The notes: a model not told the origin generated them from the sequence alone. Shown: positions 28,217-37,803, counted from the first letter of the stretch. The stretch: DNA of 64,000 nucleotides from Bacteroidota bacterium (GCA_021324735.1 JAJPIO010000009.1:450510-514509), one strand, 5' to 3'. A program made the numbers and translations.

Positions 28217-28382
28217 GTAGCCGTGACATTTATGTCACGGCGAGTTGACGGATGCGTACCATGTTGTTGAAACCATGTTCATGGCGGTCGGTGCGTTTCG
28301 CCGTGACCTAAAGGTCACGGCTACGAAATCACGTGGTATGTTTCGCCGTAACCTAAAGGTTACGGCTACGAAATCACGCTAC
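28217..28382. repeat. GTAG-type REP cluster, family B (right)
   Basis: REP units at 28217-28241 (+), 28300-28324 (-) and 28345-28369 (-); spacer homologous to that of the left cluster. Confidence 0.9.
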
Positions 28383-29245
28383 CTAAGGGCTGATTCGAGT
28401 GCAGTCCGAGCGTCCGTCTTTTCGTCGCGATATTTAATAATGATCGGGGAGTAGAGGGAGAGTCCCTGCTCTCGGGCGAACTCCGATTTCTTTCCTACGA
28501 AGCGAGAGCCAGCTACTATAACCGCACCCTCGGGGACAATCAATGGCTCATTCTCATTTGCTCGAGAAATTACTTTGCCGTTCACCAGATCGTAGATCGG
28601 CGTCGAGCCGGTAAGGACCACACCGGATGCCAATACTGCTCGCTTCTTAATAACACATCCCTCGTAAACTCCGGTATTGCCGCCGAGCAGTACATCATCT
28701 TCGATAATGACCGGCAGCGCACCCGCTGGTTCGAGAACGCCACCGATCTGTGCAGCGGCGCTGATATGAACGCGTTCACCTACCTGTGCACAGCTTCCCA
28801 CGAGCGCATGGGAATCGATAAGGGTACCGGAGCCAACATACGAGCCGATGTTTACGTAGGAGGGCGGCATCATGATGACACCCGCCGCCAGATGGGCTCC
28901 ATCGCGTACAGTGCTTCCGCCCGGCACGATGCGAACGTTATCCTCAACGAAAAAGCCATGTAAGGGCACCGTGTCTTTATCGAAGAAATGCCATCCTTGC
29001 GGAGCTTTCAGTTCTTCGAGCCGGCCAAGTCTGAATCCCAGCAGAATACCTTGCTTGATCCACGCATTTACTCGCCAGCCGCTCGTAGCAGAGGAGTCCG
29101 GTTCAGCGGATCGGATCTCCGCCTTATTCAGTGCCAGTCGTAGGCGAAGGACTGCACTTACTGCAGAATCGCGGTGCAAATTGATCTCTTCCGTCGTGAG
29201 CGGAAACAGCTTTTCAATAGTTTGGCGGAGTTCGTCGAGGTTCAT
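28379..29245 (-). CDS. dapD: 2,3,4,5-tetrahydropyridine-2,6-dicarboxylate N-succinyltransferase
   Basis: W.VN.W.KQGILLGFR, RIVPGG..VRDGA, SYVNIG, VGSCAQVG and IGGVLEP motifs; start taken as ATG 29245. Confidence 0.95.
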   Translation of the reverse strand: MNLDELRQTIEKLFPLTTEEINLHRDSAVSAVLRLRLALNKAEIRSAEPDSSATSGWRVNAWIKQGILLGFRLGRLEELKAPQGWHFFDKDTVPLHGFFVEDNVRIVPGGSTVRDGAHLAAGVIMMPPSYVNIGSYVGSGTLIDSHALVGSCAQVGERVHISAAAQIGGVLEPAGALPVIIEDDVLLGGNTGVYEGCVIKKRAVLASGVVLTGSTPIYDLVNGKVISRANENEPLIVPEGAVIVAGSRFVGKKSEFAREQGLSLYSPIIIKYRDEKTDARTALESALR

Positions 29246-29280
29246 AAAAAAGAAGCCCCTCTTCCAAACGGAAGAGGGGT
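29246..29280 (-). terminator. Intrinsic terminator-like hairpin after the lipoprotein gene
   Basis: Minus strand CCCCTCTTCC-GTTT-GGAAGAGGGG-CTTCTTTTTT. Confidence 0.75.
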
Positions 29281-29300
29281 GTAAATTACGATGACAATTA

Positions 29301-30344
29301 TTACTTAACTCGGAAGCTCTGAACCGATTTTTCGAGCGCCGGTCGGAACGCACCTTCCAGCTCATTCGGCCAGGACACGGTAATGCGATAGACCTTCTGG
29401 CCGGACATCACGAAGTAGGCACGCGCGGTCGCGCCGGCCGATCCGTAGCTGATCACTTTTGCCGGTTGGCCGCCCAATGTTGCACTTTGTGCTGTCGCGC
29501 CGTGATACGTTTTCTTGGCGTTCTCGTCCACATATTTGTTTAGGTCGATGCCTTTATCAACCGTATTAGCATCCACGCGGACCATAGCATCGGCGCGTTC
29601 GCCTTTTATCTCGACGCCGCCACCCATCGGCGATGCGTGGAAATTATCGGGATATTGAATGCTAAAACCGCTGCCGTTGAAGGTGGAGAACGTCTGCGAC
29701 GGCTTCATCTGCTCGATCATAGCATTGAGCGAAGCGCTGTCGATCTTGCCGTTTGTTACTTTAAGTACGAACGCCGGCTGCACTGATTTTTCCGCCGCAT
29801 CGAAGATCTGCGCGTACTTCTTCATGCGGTTCTGGCCAAAGGTAGCTGCATCGAAGTAGGTAACGAGCGAGTCCTTATCGGCAAAGATTCTGTAGCCTGT
29901 CAACCCGTCTTCATCGCCCTGGATCGAGTAGCTGATCTTAATGGCCGGCAATCCGCCCAGCGTAGTATTTTCCGGATTGGAAAACGTTACGTTATCCATG
30001 CTCTGCTTGAAGTCATTCGCGACTTTCTCTTTGGTCGAATGCTCCATCGCACCGACGCCGATGCGAGCGCCGTAATCACCTTCGGTAAATTTCTGAAAAC
30101 GGGTTTCAGTCGATGGGGTCGAGTAATAAAAGGTATGTTCACCCGGTACCGACTCGGCTGCCCACGCCTTCGGAGCTTTGAAGCTGAAGCGATAGACAAG
30201 GTCCTTATACGTTACCATTTCGCCGGGCTGGACGGGCGACATATCTTCTTCCTTCTTACCGCAGCCGGCAATTATAGCGATGAGAGCGAGGGATACCAGT
30301 GAGGTAGTAACCCATGACTTCATTCGAAATTCGTGCGTCTTCAT
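29301..30344 (-). CDS. Lipoprotein with two PsbP/DcrB-like domains
   Basis: Lipobox IIAGC; duplicated FS(F/I)..P..(W/F)...TLGG.PA..ISY...F....KSV modules. Confidence 0.65.
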   Translation of the reverse strand: MKTHEFRMKSWVTTSLVSLALIAIIAGCGKKEEDMSPVQPGEMVTYKDLVYRFSFKAPKAWAAESVPGEHTFYYSTPSTETRFQKFTEGDYGARIGVGAMEHSTKEKVANDFKQSMDNVTFSNPENTTLGGLPAIKISYSIQGDEDGLTGYRIFADKDSLVTYFDAATFGQNRMKKYAQIFDAAEKSVQPAFVLKVTNGKIDSASLNAMIEQMKPSQTFSTFNGSGFSIQYPDNFHASPMGGGVEIKGERADAMVRVDANTVDKGIDLNKYVDENAKKTYHGATAQSATLGGQPAKVISYGSAGATARAYFVMSGQKVYRITVSWPNELEGAFRPALEKSVQSFRVK

Positions 30345-30346
30345 TC

Positions 30347-31285
30347 TTATTTTACAGGTTTTGAACTATTGAAAAATCGGATGTTCGCATCGATGCCCTG
30401 AAGGCGAATTTGCTCGCTCAGTTTGCCAAGCGATGTTAGCGCGCTATCGAGCCGCATCGCGAAGCTGGTATCGCGGGTGAGGCGGTACATGAATGTGTTC
30501 TCCCGCCCGGCGTTTATAAGTAGGCTGTCTAATCGGCCCAGCGAACGACGAGCATCGGCGATAGCCCGCGAGCCGGAATCCACAAACACTCGAAGCCCCG
30601 GTCTGTTCTCCGCAATGATCGAAGAAAGTTGACGCATCGTGGAGTCCGCCTGAGAAAGCGCTCGTGAGAGCGTTGGCCCATTCTGGGTAAGCAACGCATT
30701 GACCCGTCCTGCGGTACCATCCAGGCGCAGAAGAGCGCCATCGGCAACGTCCAACGTGTGGTTCAACTTGGTCTTAAATCCATCCCCTTCGAGGACGCTG
30801 TTTAAAGACGTAAATAAAGTATCGGTCTTACCGGTGATCGATGCCAGTGTGCCGGAAAGGGATGTCACCATTCCCACGAGCGTACTAATGTCGCCATTAT
30901 TGTTGCCAGGGATCATGGTCCCCGTAGGTAGCGGTTCTGAAGCACTGCCGGGGGTTAACTCAACTTTCTTTCCGCCCATGAGCTCGAGCATGGAAATGGA
31001 GGCGGAAGCATCCCGACGAAGATCGACGTGTTTCGAGAACCCCATCGTTACGACGACGCTCGATTGACGAAGCTCAATACCTTCGACGGTCCCTAATTTA
31101 ACGCCGTTCACCGTCACCGGATCGCCTTTTTCCAGACCGCCCGCACTTAGGAATACCGCTTTATGGGTTTCAGCCTCGCCCCCAAAGCCCCATCCTTTAG
31201 CCCACCCGATACCGATCAGCAGGAGAGTAATGCCGGCAAGTACGGTGAGCCCAACCTTAAAATCTGTTCGTTCCTCTTTAGTCAC
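30347..31285 (-). CDS. mlaD: MlaD/MCE family protein
   Basis: N-terminal TM (KVGL), GGL..GDPVTVNGV..G.V..I and ELMGGK.VEL.PG, then a helical tail; start GTG 31285 assumed. Confidence 0.85.
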   Translation of the reverse strand: MTKEERTDFKVGLTVLAGITLLLIGIGWAKGWGFGGEAETHKAVFLSAGGLEKGDPVTVNGVKLGTVEGIELRQSSVVVTMGFSKHVDLRRDASASISMLELMGGKKVELTPGSASEPLPTGTMIPGNNNGDISTLVGMVTSLSGTLASITGKTDTLFTSLNSVLEGDGFKTKLNHTLDVADGALLRLDGTAGRVNALLTQNGPTLSRALSQADSTMRQLSSIIAENRPGLRVFVDSGSRAIADARRSLGRLDSLLINAGRENTFMYRLTRDTSFAMRLDSALTSLGKLSEQIRLQGIDANIRFFNSSKPVK

Positions 31286-31384
31286 TGAGTGCAAAGTTAC
31301 GGACTTTCAGGCAAACTAAAGTTGATACGATATGATTTTTACGAGGTTCAGCATATTTCCGAAGAGATAATAAGCCAGTATTAC

Positions 31385-34312
31385 GTGCCGTCAGCCCCAG
31401 CTCGAAATAAACCGAAGACCAGCGATACAGCGAAAAATTCGCCATCTTTAGCCGCACCTCAACCCAACGGAGCGTCTCCGGGATCGAATTTGCCATCCCA
31501 GAAGCGTCCCATTTCGGTCCGTGGTGCTCGTCTGCATAATCTGAAAAATATTTCACTCGATCTTGCTCGAAATAAATTTCACGTCTTTACCGGGGTAAGC
31601 GGTTCTGGCAAGTCATCGATGGCCTTCGACACGCTCTATGCAGAAGGGCAGCGTAGGTACGTAGAGAGCCTTTCGGTTTATGCTCGGCAGTTCCTGGAAA
31701 GAATGCCGAAGCCGGAAGTGGACTCGATAACCGGTATCAGCCCGGCCGTAGCCATCGAGCAGAAGACACTCACTCGAAATCCGCGTTCGACCGTCGGGAC
31801 GACGACCGAGATATACGATTATCTCCGGTTGCTCTTTGCGAGAGTGGGTCACACCTATTGCGTGCGGTGCGGTCGGCTCGTTCGAAAGGATACTCCACAA
31901 ACCGTACTTCAAGCGATTGCTGAGCGTGCAAAGGAAAGCCAGAAATTCTACATTCTTTTCCCGATGCATCGCCACGAGAAGCGGACGATGGACGAGGAAT
32001 GGAATAACCTGCGCTCCCAAGGATTTTCGCGACTCGTAATGGCTGGCGAGGAGCGTATACTCGATCTTTCGGAAGAGAACCCGAAGCAACTGGAATCTTC
32101 AAACGTGAGGATCCTCGTTGACCGCCTCATCTGGAAATCGAATGATGAAGCGCTTCAATCGCGTATTGCTGATTCCATCGAGGCGGCTTTCAACGAAGGC
32201 GCCGGACGAGCAATCATTGCTTACTTAGATGGCAACGGCGAGACGGCGGAAGAATTGTTCTCAGAGCATTTCGAGTGTGCAACCGACGGCCTGCCTTATG
32301 AAGAGCCCGAACCGAGATTATTCTCCTTCAACAATCCGTTCGGCGCGTGCCCCGAATGCCAGGGGTTTGGCCGCGCGATGGGTATCGATCCCGATCTCGT
32401 AATTCCCGATCCGAGCCGCTCGATCCGCACCGGCGCGATCGTCTGCTGGAATGGACCGAAGTTCAGCGAGTATTGGCGAGAGTTGATACTTATTGCCAGG
32501 AAGGCCGACGTTAACGTCGATCTTTCATACTCTTCGCTTACCGAGCGGGAAAGGAAGATCGTTTGGGAAGGCTTTGAAGGATTTAAAGGCATCGATGGCT
32601 TCTTCGAAGAATTGGAGAAGAAGACCTACAAGCTACATTACCGTGTGATGCTCTCGCGATTCCGTGGCTACACGACGTGCCCGAAGTGTCATGGTTCTCG
32701 TCTCCGTCCTGCGGCATTGAATGTTCGTGTTGCCGGCAAGACGCTGCACGACGTCGTTTGCATGACGATCGCGGAAGCTCGCAATTTCTTCGAGTCCCTT
32801 TCGCTGACGGAGTATGAAATGACGGTCGCGGCTCGCATCATCGATGAACTTCGAAAGCGTACCCGATATCTGGATGAAGTTGGACTGAGCTATTTAACAC
32901 TCGATCGGCTTTCGAATACATTATCAGGAGGCGAATCCCAGCGAATCAACCTCGCCACTTCACTCGGTAGTGCGCTTACCGGGGCACTCTATGTGCTGGA
33001 CGAGCCGAGCATCGGACTTCATCCGCGCGATACCGACAAGCTTCTTAGAATTCTGAAGAGCGTTCGTGACTTAGGAAATACGGTCGTGGTGGTGGAGCAT
33101 GATGAAGAAGTGATACGCTCGGCCGATGAATTAGTTGATTTTGGTCCGCTGGCTGGTGAACTGGGTGGAGAGCTAATGTATCAGGGACCACCGGCAGAAC
33201 TGGAAAAGATTCGAAACGGGAGATCGATCACCGGTAAATATTTGCAGGGTGAGCGCGCTATTCCAATACCAGCGAAGCGGCGTCGAGTCGATCTTAGCTA
33301 TGCCATCGCGGTAAAAGGTGCAACGGCTAATAATCTTAAGTCGATCGATGTGAGATTCCCGTTAGAGTCGTTTGTAGCGGTCACCGGTGTATCCGGCTCG
33401 GGCAAATCGACGCTGGTACACTCGATCCTGTACTCCGGACTAAAAAAATTACGCGGCGAGAGTGTAGGTCCGGTAGGATCGTATCGCGAATTAAAGGGAG
33501 AGGACCTCGTCAATCACATCGAGCTTGTGGACCAATCGCCGATCGGCCGCACACCGCGTTCGAACCCAGCAACGTACGTAAAGGTCTTCGATCAGATCCG
33601 CGAAGCATTTAGCCGAACCGTGTATGCAAAGCAGCGCGGCTGGGCGCCGGGCTACTTTTCCTTTAATATTCCCGGAGGCCGCTGCGAAACCTGCCAGGGC
33701 GAAGGATATGTAACGGTCGAGATGCAATTCCTTGCTGATATGTATCTCGAATGCGATACGTGCGGCGGAAAGCGCTATAAGCAAGAAGTGCTCGATGCGA
33801 CGCTTAACGGCAAGAATATCGTCGACGTGCTCAGCATGACGGTTAGCGAAGCACTATCATTCTTCTCCGAGCACGACCGTATAAAAGCGAGATTACAGGT
33901 ACTGGATGATGTCGGCTTAGGCTATATTCGATTAGGCCAGCCCGCAACCACCCTCTCAGGCGGCGAAGCGCAACGTGTAAAGCTTGCATCACATCTCGCC
34001 GATCAGACCGAAGAGCGCACGCTCTTTATCTTCGATGAACCAACGACCGGACTTCATTTCGATGACATCGCTAAGCTGTTAAAGGCACTAAATGCGTTGG
34101 TCGATCGCGGGCACTCTGTCATTGCGATCGAGCATAATCTCGATGTGATCAAAGCGGCCGATTGGGTGATCGACCTCGGGCCGGAAGCGGGCGATGGTGG
34201 AGGTGAATTAGTCGGGGAAGGGACACCCGAAGCGCTTACCAAGATCGAACGCAGCTATACGGGCCACTATTTACGTCCTGTTCTCGAACGCGCAAAACGA
34301 TTAGCATCGTGA
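31385..34312 (+). CDS. uvrA: Excinuclease ABC subunit A (copy 2)
   Basis: Full two-cassette UvrA ([17 protein letters not shown] x2, LSGGE x2, DEP) with Zn fingers; start uncertain. Confidence 0.95.
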   Translation: MPSAPARNKPKTSDTAKNSPSLAAPQPNGASPGSNLPSQKRPISVRGARLHNLKNISLDLARNKFHVFTGVSGSGKSSMAFDTLYAEGQRRYVESLSVYARQFLERMPKPEVDSITGISPAVAIEQKTLTRNPRSTVGTTTEIYDYLRLLFARVGHTYCVRCGRLVRKDTPQTVLQAIAERAKESQKFYILFPMHRHEKRTMDEEWNNLRSQGFSRLVMAGEERILDLSEENPKQLESSNVRILVDRLIWKSNDEALQSRIADSIEAAFNEGAGRAIIAYLDGNGETAEELFSEHFECATDGLPYEEPEPRLFSFNNPFGACPECQGFGRAMGIDPDLVIPDPSRSIRTGAIVCWNGPKFSEYWRELILIARKADVNVDLSYSSLTERERKIVWEGFEGFKGIDGFFEELEKKTYKLHYRVMLSRFRGYTTCPKCHGSRLRPAALNVRVAGKTLHDVVCMTIAEARNFFESLSLTEYEMTVAARIIDELRKRTRYLDEVGLSYLTLDRLSNTLSGGESQRINLATSLGSALTGALYVLDEPSIGLHPRDTDKLLRILKSVRDLGNTVVVVEHDEEVIRSADELVDFGPLAGELGGELMYQGPPAELEKIRNGRSITGKYLQGERAIPIPAKRRRVDLSYAIAVKGATANNLKSIDVRFPLESFVAVTGVSGSGKSTLVHSILYSGLKKLRGESVGPVGSYRELKGEDLVNHIELVDQSPIGRTPRSNPATYVKVFDQIREAFSRTVYAKQRGWAPGYFSFNIPGGRCETCQGEGYVTVEMQFLADMYLECDTCGGKRYKQEVLDATLNGKNIVDVLSMTVSEALSFFSEHDRIKARLQVLDDVGLGYIRLGQPATTLSGGEAQRVKLASHLADQTEERTLFIFDEPTTGLHFDDIAKLLKALNALVDRGHSVIAIEHNLDVIKAADWVIDLGPEAGDGGGELVGEGTPEALTKIERSYTGHYLRPVLERAKRLAS

Positions 34313-35460
34313 CGAAAGAGCACACTATTATGCTGATCGCCGGCGAAGCTTCCGGCGACCGTATCGCCGCGCGTGCTGTTCGAGCGGCTAAAGAATTAGC
34401 GATCGAAAGAAACGAACCGATTTCCTTTTTTGGAATTGGTGGCGATGAGTGTGTTGCTGAAGGCGCGAAATGCTTCTATAGCGTCCGCGAAATGTCGGTG
34501 GTCGGCTTTGTCGAAGTGGCGCGTCGCTTCAGCTTCTTTAAGCGTGTCTTTCGCGAAATGACCGCGCTGTTGGATTCGCGTAAGCCCAGTGCGCTTCTTC
34601 TGGTCGATTATCCGGGGTTCAATATTCGCCTCGCCAGGGAAGCGAAGAAGCGCGGTATTCGGGTCGTTTATTATGTAAGCCCGCAGGTATGGGCATGGCA
34701 TGCTTCGCGCATTCACGATTTAAAAGAAGTTGTGGATGAAATGCTCGTGATCTTTCCATTCGAGGAAAAGCTCTATCGTGATGCCGGAATGAAGAACGTT
34801 CACTTCGTTGGCCATCCGCTCGTGGAACGGATCGACGAGGAAAAGACGAGGTATCAGGACCGTACTAATTTTGCCCTACAGCATAGCCTTGATGCGAGCA
34901 AAGAATGGCTGTTAGTATTCTCCGGTAGCCGTACCGAAGAGGTGAGGCGGCTATTACCGGTAATGTCGGAAACTGCCCATGCATTTGCCGAGAAGCATAC
35001 TATGCAGGCAATTCTGGTTGAATCGGGCTCGATCGATCGATCACATTACGACGAATATCTTCGAGCGCCACTTACACGAATTCGCGATGCTGCGGCAACA
35101 CACGAACTCATGTGGCACGCAAAGCTCGGGATCCTCAAAAGCGGTACAACGACACTCGAAGCAGCACTGCTCGGATTGCCAGGAGTTATCTGCTACCGAA
35201 CGCACCCCGTTTCCTTCGCGATAGGAAAGCGGCTTGTGAAACTGCCATACATTGGTTTGGCGAATATTGTGATCGGCCACAAGCAATACCCTGAATTATT
35301 GCAAGGCGATGTTACTCAGGAAAAGATCACTTCTGAGCTTGAGAGTATTTTAACGAATTACCCAGCGTTCAAGCAGTCTCTGGAAGGGCTTGCTACTACC
35401 CTGCGTTCATCCGGGGATGGGCCTTCACGAAAGGTTGCGGAGGTGCTATTAGCCTCATGA
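34309..35460 (+). CDS. lpxB: Lipid-A-disaccharide synthase
   Basis: IAGEASGD, VDYPGFN, YYVSPQVWAW, FVGHPL, GSR..E and SGTTTLE motifs. Confidence 0.95.
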   Translation: MTKEHTIMLIAGEASGDRIAARAVRAAKELAIERNEPISFFGIGGDECVAEGAKCFYSVREMSVVGFVEVARRFSFFKRVFREMTALLDSRKPSALLLVDYPGFNIRLAREAKKRGIRVVYYVSPQVWAWHASRIHDLKEVVDEMLVIFPFEEKLYRDAGMKNVHFVGHPLVERIDEEKTRYQDRTNFALQHSLDASKEWLLVFSGSRTEEVRRLLPVMSETAHAFAEKHTMQAILVESGSIDRSHYDEYLRAPLTRIRDAAATHELMWHAKLGILKSGTTTLEAALLGLPGVICYRTHPVSFAIGKRLVKLPYIGLANIVIGHKQYPELLQGDVTQEKITSELESILTNYPAFKQSLEGLATTLRSSGDGPSRKVAEVLLAS

Positions 35461-36035
35461 TCGAACGATTGCTTCCGTTCTTCGCCACCTTGCTTGCCGG
35501 GACGCTTCGTTTTCGGTGGCAGGGGGATGCACTGCCTGCTAATGCGATCCTTATGTTTTGGCATGGAAAGATGTTTGGAGGTTGGTACTCCGTAAGAAGG
35601 AGACATCCTGTTGCCCTGGTAAGTAAAAGCAAGGATGGTCGTTTTTTATCTGCTGTACTTGCACGATGGGGCTATAAGTTAGCGAGAGGGTCGAGCGGAA
35701 AAAAAGGAATGGAGGCCCTCGAAGAAGCGATGGCACTGATACGATCGGGTAATGCTGATTCGTTAGTCATTACTCCCGATGGTCCTCGCGGTCCACGTCA
35801 TTCGTTCAAGCGAGGCGCGTTTATCGCTGCCTGCGAGCTTGACCTGCCGCTCTATATGCTCTCCATAACGTATGGCTCGTTCAAAGAGCTAAAAAGCTGG
35901 GACCGCTTTGAAGTGCCGATGCCATTTAGCCGAGTAACAATTCAAGTTACGAAAGTTGACATTAGTGCGCTCCCGGCCGAACCAGAACTTCAGCGGTCGT
36001 GGCTTGACGCGCTTTCCTCCCAGTTCGATACCTGA
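35457..36035 (+). CDS. DUF374 lysophospholipid acyltransferase family (LpxJ-like)
   Basis: FWHG, S.SKDG, RGSS, ITPDGPRGP and SWDRF.VP.PFS motifs; lies between lpxB and lpxK. Confidence 0.85.
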   Translation: MIERLLPFFATLLAGTLRFRWQGDALPANAILMFWHGKMFGGWYSVRRRHPVALVSKSKDGRFLSAVLARWGYKLARGSSGKKGMEALEEAMALIRSGNADSLVITPDGPRGPRHSFKRGAFIAACELDLPLYMLSITYGSFKELKSWDRFEVPMPFSRVTIQVTKVDISALPAEPELQRSWLDALSSQFDT

Positions 36036-37021
36036 TGCCGATAATTGACTACATCAATCCCTATGCATATCTTATGCGATTACGGCGCATGATGTACCAG
36101 CATGGATGGCTGAAGTCGTTTCATCCCGGTGTGCCGGTTATCAGTATAGGTAATCTTACGGTGGGTGGCACGGGTAAATCGCCGATGGTAATGCTTATCG
36201 CCGATTACCTCGAGCGAATGCACGGCAAAAAAGTCGCGATCGTTTCGCGAGGATATAGACGACGATCGAAAGGCTATGTGTTGGTTCGCGATGGAATGCA
36301 AATTCTGGCATCGGTCGAACAAAGCGGCGATGAAGCGCAAATGTTTGCCGAACGTTTGCCGAATGCGATCGTCATTGTGGATGAAGATCGGTGGCATGGT
36401 GCCAGGGAAGCGAAAGCACTTGGAGCGGATGTGATCGTTCTGGATGACGGCTATCAACATTTGCGCTTAAAGCGTGATCTGAATATATTACTCGTCGATG
36501 CATCACGCAGTATTTCTCCTGTCATTCCATTTGGCCGATCGAGAGAACCGCTGAGTGCGGCGAATGCAGCTGACATCGTTATTGAGACGAACGGTAAACA
36601 GGCGCTCCCTGCGGAATTCAGGCAATCGGTCACAGCGCAAACGCACAGCAAAGCAGCCAGCTTAATGCCATTGCAAGGCCGTGAAGCGCTTGCGTTAAAA
36701 AGCTTGAATGGCAAGAAGATTCTGGCATTAAGCTCTATTGCATCGCCAAAGCGCTTTCACCGAATGCTCGACGAGTTAGGTGCGAATCTTGTAGTCCGTG
36801 ACCTGGGCGATCATGCCGAATACTCGCAGGCGTTAGTAAATAGCATAATTTCGGACGCTCAGCGTCATAATGTCGAGATGATCGTTACGACGTTAAAAGA
36901 TGCAGTAAAATCGCGAAGGTATTTTCACCATTCTGAGATTCCAGTATATATCCTTCTGCACGAGCTTGAATTCTTGAGTGGGGAGGAAGGTTTTTACAAC
37001 GCCATCGATCAAATTCTATGA
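36035..37021 (+). CDS. lpxK: Tetraacyldisaccharide 4'-kinase
   Basis: VISIGNLTVGGTGKSP, SRGY, GDE, LDDGYQH and TT.KDAVK motifs. Confidence 0.95.
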   Translation: MPIIDYINPYAYLMRLRRMMYQHGWLKSFHPGVPVISIGNLTVGGTGKSPMVMLIADYLERMHGKKVAIVSRGYRRRSKGYVLVRDGMQILASVEQSGDEAQMFAERLPNAIVIVDEDRWHGAREAKALGADVIVLDDGYQHLRLKRDLNILLVDASRSISPVIPFGRSREPLSAANAADIVIETNGKQALPAEFRQSVTAQTHSKAASLMPLQGREALALKSLNGKKILALSSIASPKRFHRMLDELGANLVVRDLGDHAEYSQALVNSIISDAQRHNVEMIVTTLKDAVKSRRYFHHSEIPVYILLHELEFLSGEEGFYNAIDQIL

Positions 37022-37803
37022 AGCTTACTATTGGTCTCTCCTATGCACCTTCCGATAATCCGAAGTTCGAGTTTTACCGAAAAGCGGTCATAAAAGCTGC
37101 GGAGGTGCTGGGGTATGAGGTTGAATTGATCGATCTATCTCGTGGAGGCAATGTCGCTGAAGTTGATGCTGTTGTTTTTACGGGTGGCGATGACGTTCAT
37201 CCGGCTCGTTACGGCAAGCAATCCGAAGAACACTTATGCGGCGACATTAACGATGAACGCGATCAACTGGAATTCAAGCTCGCTAACAACGCTGAGGAAA
37301 ACGGCCTTCCCATTCTTGGCATTTGCCGCGGACTTCAACTCTTGAATGTCCATCGCGGAGGTACGTTGATCACCGATATAGAATCATTCGGAGGTGCCAG
37401 TCATAGAAAGCTCGATGGTTACGATTCTCGTCATCAGGTAAAAGTAGAGCCGGGAAGTTATCTCCGACGGATCCTCGGGGAAGGGCAAGGCGAAGTTAAT
37501 AGCGCGCATCATCAGGGCGTTGAGCGAGTAGGGGATGGCCTCACTGCCAGCGCCCGTGCTGAAAGTGATGGTACGATCGAAGCGCTTGAATGGGCCGATG
37601 CCACCGGGAAGCCATTTTTTCTTGCGGTGCAGTGGCATCCCGAGCGCATGGATTTTGCAGAGCAATTTGCAGGACGTATATTTGAAACGTTCTTATGGGA
37701 AGCTGGCGCACATAAACTTCTTCGTTCACGGATGGGTACCTTAAAATCTTCCCGGCAGCCAGATATGTCTGAATCTCTTAATGGAGCAGCGAAACAGCCA
37801 TGA
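37018..37803 (+). CDS. Class I glutamine amidotransferase, peptidase C26 / PuuD-like
   Basis: TGG.DV.P..YG, GICRGLQ, VNS.HHQ and AVQWHPE motifs. Confidence 0.9.
   Translation: MKLTIGLSYAPSDNPKFEFYRKAVIKAAEVLGYEVELIDLSRGGNVAEVDAVVFTGGDDVHPARYGKQSEEHLCGDINDERDQLEFKLANNAEENGLPILGICRGLQLLNVHRGGTLITDIESFGGASHRKLDGYDSRHQVKVEPGSYLRRILGEGQGEVNSAHHQGVERVGDGLTASARAESDGTIEALEWADATGKPFFLAVQWHPERMDFAEQFAGRIFETFLWEAGAHKLLRSRMGTLKSSRQPDMSESLNGAAKQP

Noticed and set aside
27549..28382. CRISPR array interpretation of the repeated 25-nt palindromes
   Set aside because: Units occur in both orientations, spacers are homologous rather than unique, spacing is irregular and no cas genes are present; this fits REP/REPIN instead.
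27555..28454. Short ORFs 27555-27767, 27497-27691 and 28245-28454 with repeated RRDLKVTAT peptides
   Set aside because: These are translations of the REP repeats, not credible genes.
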